From NCBI RefSeq assembly GCF_016433145.1, contig NC_058133.1, forward strand, positions 521,031,630 through 521,095,504: 63,875 nucleotides of DNA, written 5' to 3'. The notes below the pieces were generated by a model, which was not told the DNA's origin, made no database searches, and worked only from the letters and a program-made list of their open reading frames with translations. Shown in pieces: positions 57,240 to 63,875 of this stretch. Position 1 is the stretch's first letter, and every line of letters starts with the position of its first letter. The position numbers and the translations under genes were made by a program. This DNA comes from Gracilinanus agilis. Lineage: Eukaryota.

Positions 57240-57627
57240 CTCCACGTCCTTCCGGGCGGCCACGCCCCCTCCCCTCTCTCCGCCCCATCACCCTGCCGCT
57301 CCTCCAATCCTGCACGTCCCCGTTCCCCGCCCCACCCTCTAAACTATCCCGATCGCAGCCACTAGCACGCGAGGCCCGCGGAAGCCCCGCCCTCGGCGCG
57401 CTCCCATTGGCCCAGGCTCCTCGCCTCATGTGGCCCCACGCCCTAGTCGGAGCCCAGCGTGGGAGTACGGGGGCGGCCGCGAAGAACTACTACTCCCGGC
57501 GTGCTCCTAGACAGCCCAGACCGCGGGGAGCGAGCCAAGGAGCTATCGCCGCACAGGTTGCCGGGACGCTGTCGCCTCCGGCCGCTGCAGCCCCGCGCCC
57601 CGCACTAACGGACAGCCCGAGCCCGCC
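57240..57627 (+). promoter_or_regulatory. LSS CpG-island promoter
   Basis: GC boxes (e.g. 57385-57392), inverted CCAAT at 57406-57410, SRE-like ATCACCCTGC at 57287-57296, ZNF143/THAP11-type ACTACTACTCCCGGCGTGC at 57486-57504. Confidence 0.7.
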
Positions 57628-60600
57628 ATGACGGACGGCACGTGAGTAACGCTCGCGCCGGCCCGCCGCTGCCCAACAACCGCCCAGTAACGCCTGCCCG
57701 CCTGGCGGTCCGCTGCAGCTCCCGGTCTCCGGCCCATCCCCATCCCTGACCACGCCCCCGTCGCTGAGCCAGCGGGCCAAGCCCCCCCGGGTAGCTGCCT
57801 TTGAGGGGCCCTGCTTCTCCGGTGCCCCCCATATGCCTGCGGAGGGGGCGGCTGCTACAGGCCGGGCCGCGACACCTCCCCTCCCCCCTTCTCCCCTCTG
57901 CGCCTCCCTAGGAGCTGGGGGGGGGGCGGGGCGCACCCACGTACTTGTGGAGAGGGTCCTGTGGGGGTTCCCGCGGTCTCCTTCCCCCGAGGGGTGGCTG
58001 CGGGGGCGGCTGCATTCCTCATTCTGGTCCCCCCTCCCCAGGTGTCTAAGGAGGAGGGGTGGCCCCTACAAGACCCCTCCGGCCACGGAGCTGCGGCACT
58101 GGCGCCTGAGCAATGAGGAGGGCCGGCAGCGCTGGACCTACTGCCCCCCTGGGGCCACCCAGGACCCTCCCAGGGAGCAGAGCGCCATCGAAGCCTTCTG
58201 CTTGGGCCTGGACACGGTGGGTGCTGGAGGGACGAGGTTGGGGGAGATGGAGGGCAGAGGGGGAGGGGCAGCCGGCTGACCGCCCCCCCCCCCCCCATGG
58301 CCCCCGCAGAGCCGCTACTTTGAGGAGCTGCCCCCCGCCGAAACAGCGCTGCAGGGGGCCCTGAAGGGCTTGAAGTTCTACTCGAAGCTCCAGGCCGAGG
58401 ACGGGCACTGGCCTTCGGACTACGGCGGCCCCCTCTTCCTCATGCCAGGTACCTGCCCCCCCTGGCCCTGTGCGAAGGACAGATGTGAGCGCCTGGCTGT
58501 GAGTGCCAGGCATGGGGAATGAGGGAGGCACCAGGCTCCCTTGTGGTGGTTGTAAATAGGTGATGCCCTGGGGAGGGGAGCCATGTTTGTAGAATGTCCT
58601 GGGCTGGGCACTTGACAACAACTGTCTCACTGGCTCTTCCAAAGGCCTCTGGGAGGGAGAGAAGGAAGGAAGGAGGGGCTGCCAGTGCCCCTTCTACAAA
58701 CGAAGCTCCAGAGACAAGCAGAAGAGCAGTGACTTGCCCAGGATCACACAGCCAGGAAGTGTCTAAGGCCAGATTGGTCCCCTCCACCAGCCCCGCTTTG
58801 TGCTGCCAGGAGCTGCCTTAGCTGTTGCTCCCGGTGAAGGTGAAGATGCTTCACTCTTTTCTTTGCATTTTCTCTGGAACCAGAGAAATGATGTTTTACT
58901 GACCAGTGGCAGGAAGGATGGAACCCAGCCCCCAGCCACACCTCCTCCACAGACTGCATCCTGATGGGAAAATCCAAGACAAAAGGAGGGAATCATTGTG
59001 CCAGGCCAGCCTGGAGGGGAGGGCACCTGTGCCCCAGGGGGTGGCAGAGGTCTGACTAAGCCGAGCAACTCTGTGGCTCCAAGCCCCGGCAGCAATCCCA
59101 GACCAAAGGAAAACCAGCTCTTTGTTCTCTCTGAAATGCAAGCTGCCTGGCATACCGATGATGGCAGGATGGAGCAGCAGGCGTCTTGGTCAGAGCCACA
59201 TCTGGGCCAGGAACCTGCGGAGCTCAGACCTCGGAGTAACCTTTGCCCCCAGTTCTCCCAGGACCCCAGCCTGAACTGTCCCAACACTCATTACCCCAAG
59301 AAAGCAGCAAGAACAGCAGCCCAAAGAGTCCTTCCAGAAGTACACAGCGTGGGAAGTCCAGAAGAAGCCTGGAAGAATGGGCAGATGGGAACAAGCTGAC
59401 TGATTCCCTTAGAGGGTCAGCACAGCCACAAACCCAAGAGACAGGATGCAAGGCCTCGGAGGAAGACGACAGGCATTGATTCTTAGGTGAATTTTACCAA
59501 ACGTTTGAAGGACAATTCATTTTTGAACTATTTTTAAAAGTGGGAAAAGGGGTCTTGCTCATAGTTCTACGACCCAAGTGTAGTTTTGATCCCTAAACCA
59601 GAGAGTCTAAATACAATTATAGCCCCAAGTCCCCGAGGAATATTGTTGCAAGAATGAGAACCATCAGCAGAGACCTTGGCAACCCGTCACAAAGATTCTC
59701 TTATGACCAGGCTGGATTTATGCCAGCAGAGAAGTGAAAATATAACAACAAAAACCACAAAACTCTTATCAAGGGATGGAGAAAAATCTTACAACAAGGT
59801 GCAACAATGACAACAATTCCCATTTCTGTTATAAGCGCCAGAAAACATAAGAGTAAATAATTTTCCTTATTGTGATAGGTAAGAACTCTAGAGTCAAGAG
59901 CCGGCATTTTTGTCAAGGGTGTTAATCCCTTTTCCAGTACGTTTTCGAGGCCATGCCGGGAAGCTCATGGGTAAAAGTGGAATGGCCAATCTCACTGTTT
60001 CTATTTAATGTTGTATCCAAATTGGTAGATAAAGCAAGGAAGGCAAAGAGGAAACAAAATGGCCTCTTTTTGCCTTTGGTTTCCTTAGAGAACCTTAGGG
60101 AGTCGAGTTGAATGACTAACCATACAGTCACAAGATATAAAATAAACCATAGCGAGCATCAATATTCTACTTAAAGTAACGATAGCATAATTCTTGGAAA
60201 TCTTCTCACCAGGACTCATATAGGAATATAATGCCAAAACACTTTGCACAGGAAAAGACATCTAAATAATTGGAAAAATGTAATTGTTCATGGGAGGACT
60301 TGGCCAACATATGGCAATACTGCCCAGATCGCTACAGTTACCAAAGACGTACCTTGTAAAACTAGAAAAACAATGGAATTCCTCTGAAAAAGAAGAGAAT
60401 AGGTATTTATAAAGAGCCCCCTATGAGCCAGGCCTTGTGTTTTTCTAAATATCTCATTTGAACTTAACAAGTCTGGGAGGTAAGTACAATGATTTTATCC
60501 ATTTTGTAGTTGAAGACACTGAAGCAAGTAGGTCAAGTGACTTGTCCAGGGTCACCCAGCTAGATTTGAACCTGGGTTCTGCTAACTATCCTCTGCACCA

Positions 60601-63171
60601 TCAGCTGCTTCTACAGGAGCAAATGGGCAAGGGAATTCATGATTTTTAAGAAAAGGTGGGAAGGAAGGGGACCTACCAATACTAGATCTCAAGCTACACT
60701 AGAGAGCCACAATTGTCAAAACACTTTGGTTCTGGTTAAGAAAGGGCGTTGTTTGTGGAACGGATTGGGCCCCAGTATACAGAAGCAAGGAACATAGTAG
60801 CCTCGTGTTTGATAAGTGCACAGATTGCAGCTGCTGGGCTAAGAACTCACTATTTGACACCAAAAAGAGACTGGCAGAAAGTGATAACTCAAGACAAACT
60901 CCAAATTGGATCTGTGTTTCAGAAATAAAGGGGACCATGAAAGACATTGCCTGTTAGATCTACACATGGGGGGGGGACGGGGGGAGCACTGTATGTACCC
61001 ATGGTGGCGAACCTATGGCATGTGTGCCAGAGGGGGCACTTGTGCCATCGCCCCAGCACGGTTTGCCGGAGTTCATTACTAGAAAGTCAGAGGGACGCGG
61101 GGCTGGGCTGTTCCCCTCCCCTTCTCCGCATGTGCCTGAGGAAACTTCTCACATCACACACCCCGTCACTGGTACATACTGTTGTTACTAGCTCTCTACC
61201 CCAAGCACGTCAAAGGACCCACATATGGAAAAATCTTTTTGTGACTAGAATAGGAAACCGAAGGGAGGCTTATCCTTTGGTGAATGAATGAGATTGGAAT
61301 ACTGTATTGTGTGAGAAATGATTGTTGGGATTGAAATTTGAGAAGGGAAATGGGCCATGGAACAAATTGATGGGGGCATGCTGCCCGGCAGTAAATGGCT
61401 GCTAACATTTATGCCAAAGACCCACGCAAAAGTTCTCCTTTTATTGTTTTTTTGGAGAGTACAGAACCAAGAACCGAATGGGGCAGATAACGTGAGATTG
61501 GGAGCAAGTGCAGAGAGCGCCATGATTAGCTGCAAGTTAGTGAATGGGGGCCAGCAGTGGCACTGCTTAGGACCAAGTTGTGCTCTTGGGCCCAGCTCCC
61601 TTACATGTTCCCAGTCGGTCAGATTCCTTGTGGCAAGGATTGGCAGGAGAGTTGGGTTTTTTAATTTACTGCCACTACAGGCCAGCTGAATTCTGAACCA
61701 TGTGTGGAGACCGAGAACCAAGTGTTGGGCGCTTGGGCAGTGATGGGACAAAAAGGGGCGAATTGTAAATCTGATCAGTGATGAAAAGTTACAGAATCCA
61801 TTCCACCCAGGGGGATCCGAGGCTGAGGGAAGTGAGTGGAACTAGAGAACCATTGGCTCATCGCAGCTAGAAAGGACCAGGGAAGAGAGCCGCCCCCTCC
61901 AGCTCGAGGGGCCATCTGATCTGCTCAGGGCACACTGGGCTTGCTTTTGGCTGAACTCGACTTCTTTCTAACAGCTTTTGTGGTTGCTTTCTCAACGAGA
62001 GGAGGTGGAGGAGGCGAGAGGGACAGAGTGAGGACCCTGGAATTTGAAAAAAGAGTGACTGAATGAGGAGGACTGGGAAAAGGGAGTGCTTTGGCTTACT
62101 TTCTGCAGCCTCTGTTTGATCTTCTGAAGTGGCTTTTGTTTCTTTAACTTCCCCCAGAATTTTGGAGGAGTTTCTCTCCTTTTAGGCGCTCCCGTTTACT
62201 ATAACTTTGGTATTGCTTCTTGACGAGTTTTCCCGTCATCATTAAATTAACGAGTGTCTAATCGAACCTTTTCCCTCTTTTCCAGGTTTCTTTTTCTGTG
62301 TATTTGTGTGTGAGAGACGCACATTTGAAGTCTAGTTGAAGGATAAGCTTATGGTAGTTAAGGGACACGATTCTTTTGAGGCTTGGAAATTGGACTAGAG
62401 GATTTAGGGGTGTGCTCGGGCTTAGCGAGGGAGAGGTCAGTGTGGGAAGATTCTTCTTCCCGAGTTTAAAATCTCACCAGGTGACCCTGGACAAGTGACT
62501 TTATCTTGTTTGCCTCAGTTTCTTCCCCTGCAAAATCGGCTGGAGAAGGAGATGGCAAATCACTCCAGCAATTTTGCCAAGAAAATCCCCAAGGGGGTTC
62601 CGGGGGGGGGGGGGTCGCCTCTCTGAGACCGGCAAGAAACAAAATGGAGATAACTAGACACGGCTGGCTAAACCTTGCTAGGAGGGAAAGGACTGGAATT
62701 GGGGGATGATAGTTTGGATATTTGAAGTTGCATCAGAACTCTCTTGTGAAATCCGTACCTAAGACAAAGTGGTCGTACGTCTCTTGGGCTGTAGCTGATA
62801 ATCTTGCCCACTCAGAGGAACCCAAGCAGGTAATTGTCTGTTATTTTAATACTTTAAGCTGCTATTTATGGGGCTTGAACAGTTGTAAAGTACTTTAGAG
62901 ACGTGATCTTGCTTGAACCTTGCGTTAACCCTTTAAGAAAGTTATAATGAGGCCCACAAGTTTACACCGAGAATGTCAGAGGCAGAATTGGAACTCCCTT
63001 CTCTGGCAGTTTAGACCCTTTCTCACAACTAAGGAGCTTTCTTTGTATTTTTAATTAAATAGGACTCCTGATCACATGCCACGTGACCAACACTTCTCTT
63101 CCAGCTGAGCACAAAAAGGAAATGGTTCGCTACCTGCGATCTGTGCAGCTCCCAGATGGCGGCTGGGGCCT
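57628..63171 (+). CDS. LSS: lanosterol synthase, 3'-partial; exons 57628-57641, 58042-58216, 58310-58448, 63063-63171
   Basis: [27 protein letters not shown]...[13 protein letters not shown]...[28 protein letters not shown]...[17 protein letters not shown] (QW motif) matches vertebrate LSS. GT-AG borders, compatible phases. Confidence 0.97.
60230..60410 (+). mobile_element. old L1 ORF2 fragment
   Basis: Degenerate gacatctaaataattggaaaaat...tgttcatgg...atactgcccag...ctagaaaaa, resembling the CSW..R.NI..M.ILP..LEK block of L1 ORF2. Confidence 0.5.
60999..61171. mobile_element. hAT MITE (173 bp)
   Basis: Left end catggtggcgaacct, right end cgtcactg. Flanks gtatgtac/gtacatac are consistent with a CpG-decayed TSD GTACGTAC. 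Confidence 0.65.
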
Positions 63172-63875
63172 GTGAGTCCGTCCTTCCCCCCTCGGGCCAC
63201 TTGGGCCTTCTGGCCTTCCCTACCTCTTTCCCCCCATCCCTTACTGCTGCCCGAGGTTCCTTGCTATGCCCGAGCACCATCTTTTAGCGGTGGCCTTCCT
63301 TGCTTGGCGGTTACCCCTGGGCTATTTTGTATCTGGTCCCTACACGTGTGGGCACAGTCCTGTCGGGAGAATCTGAGCTCTTCGAAGGCAGGGACTGTGG
63401 CCAAAAGGCTTTGTATTGCCAGTCCTCAGCACAACGTTTGAACGAACCAGGAGCCAGTATTGATAAACACCCCCCTCCCTTCCTGGGGCCTGGCATGATG
63501 CTTGGTTGGGCCTGGGGATGCCCTCAAGGAACTTAATAGGATGCAGCTGTGGAGACGTGTGCCCATAAATACATGCAGGATCCTGAGGGGGCCATGAGGG
63601 GCCCTGGAAAGGCCTTGGGAGAGGAGATGAGCAGACCATGGCATAGGCAGAGGGCAGGGATGTGGAAGGGGCAGCCATTGCATTAATTGGGGTTTCCTTA
63701 CACCCCCTCTTTTTTCTATTCTTGTTTAAATGAAGAATGGTCAACAAGTCCTTGAGGCTGCCCAGGTGAGCTCTCTAGCCCTGGGCACAGGCAGACTCCC
63801 AGAGATGACCCAGGTTTTATCCTCGGCCTTTGGCGCCTCCTTTTTAGTTGTGTTACAAATGCTTCTTGTGGCCCC

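Noticed and set aside
59701-60131. Two hydrophobic minus-strand ORFs in LSS intron 3
   Set aside because: Short, within A-rich repeat-derived sequence, with no splice or domain support.
61240-62460. Possible plus-strand LTR in LSS intron 3
   Set aside because: The composition is LTR-like, but I could not fix TG/CA termini or a TSD.

Overview
Vertebrate genomic window, inferred to be from a didelphid marsupial such as Monodelphis because of the SINE1_Mdo-like SINEs. It carries the conserved cluster YBEY (minus strand; last coding exon lies off the left edge), MCM3AP/GANP (plus strand, 8391-55995) and LSS (plus strand; first 4 exons, continuing off the right edge). YBEY and MCM3AP share a head-to-head CpG promoter at about 7.0 kb. 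I mapped 26 of the 28 expected MCM3AP coding exons with GT-AG borders and consistent phases. The two exons encoding the middle of the Sac3/GANP domain are missing and most likely fall in N gaps. Introns are rich in mobile DNA: a full-length decayed antisense ERV in intron 9 (two LTRs, PBS, PPT, pol remnants, nested insertions), a better preserved 5'-truncated antisense ERV pol in intron 22, solo LTRs, five hAT MITEs with TSDs, L1 fragments and SINEs. I found no demonstrably new biological system. The best leads are regulatory or evolutionary: tandem uORFs whose second stop overlaps the GANP start, a sense-oriented LTR in YBEY intron 1, an env-less ERV with a duplicated PPT, and no visible poly(A) signal between MCM3AP and LSS. 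Protein comparisons to human and repeat family names are from memory, not from searches.
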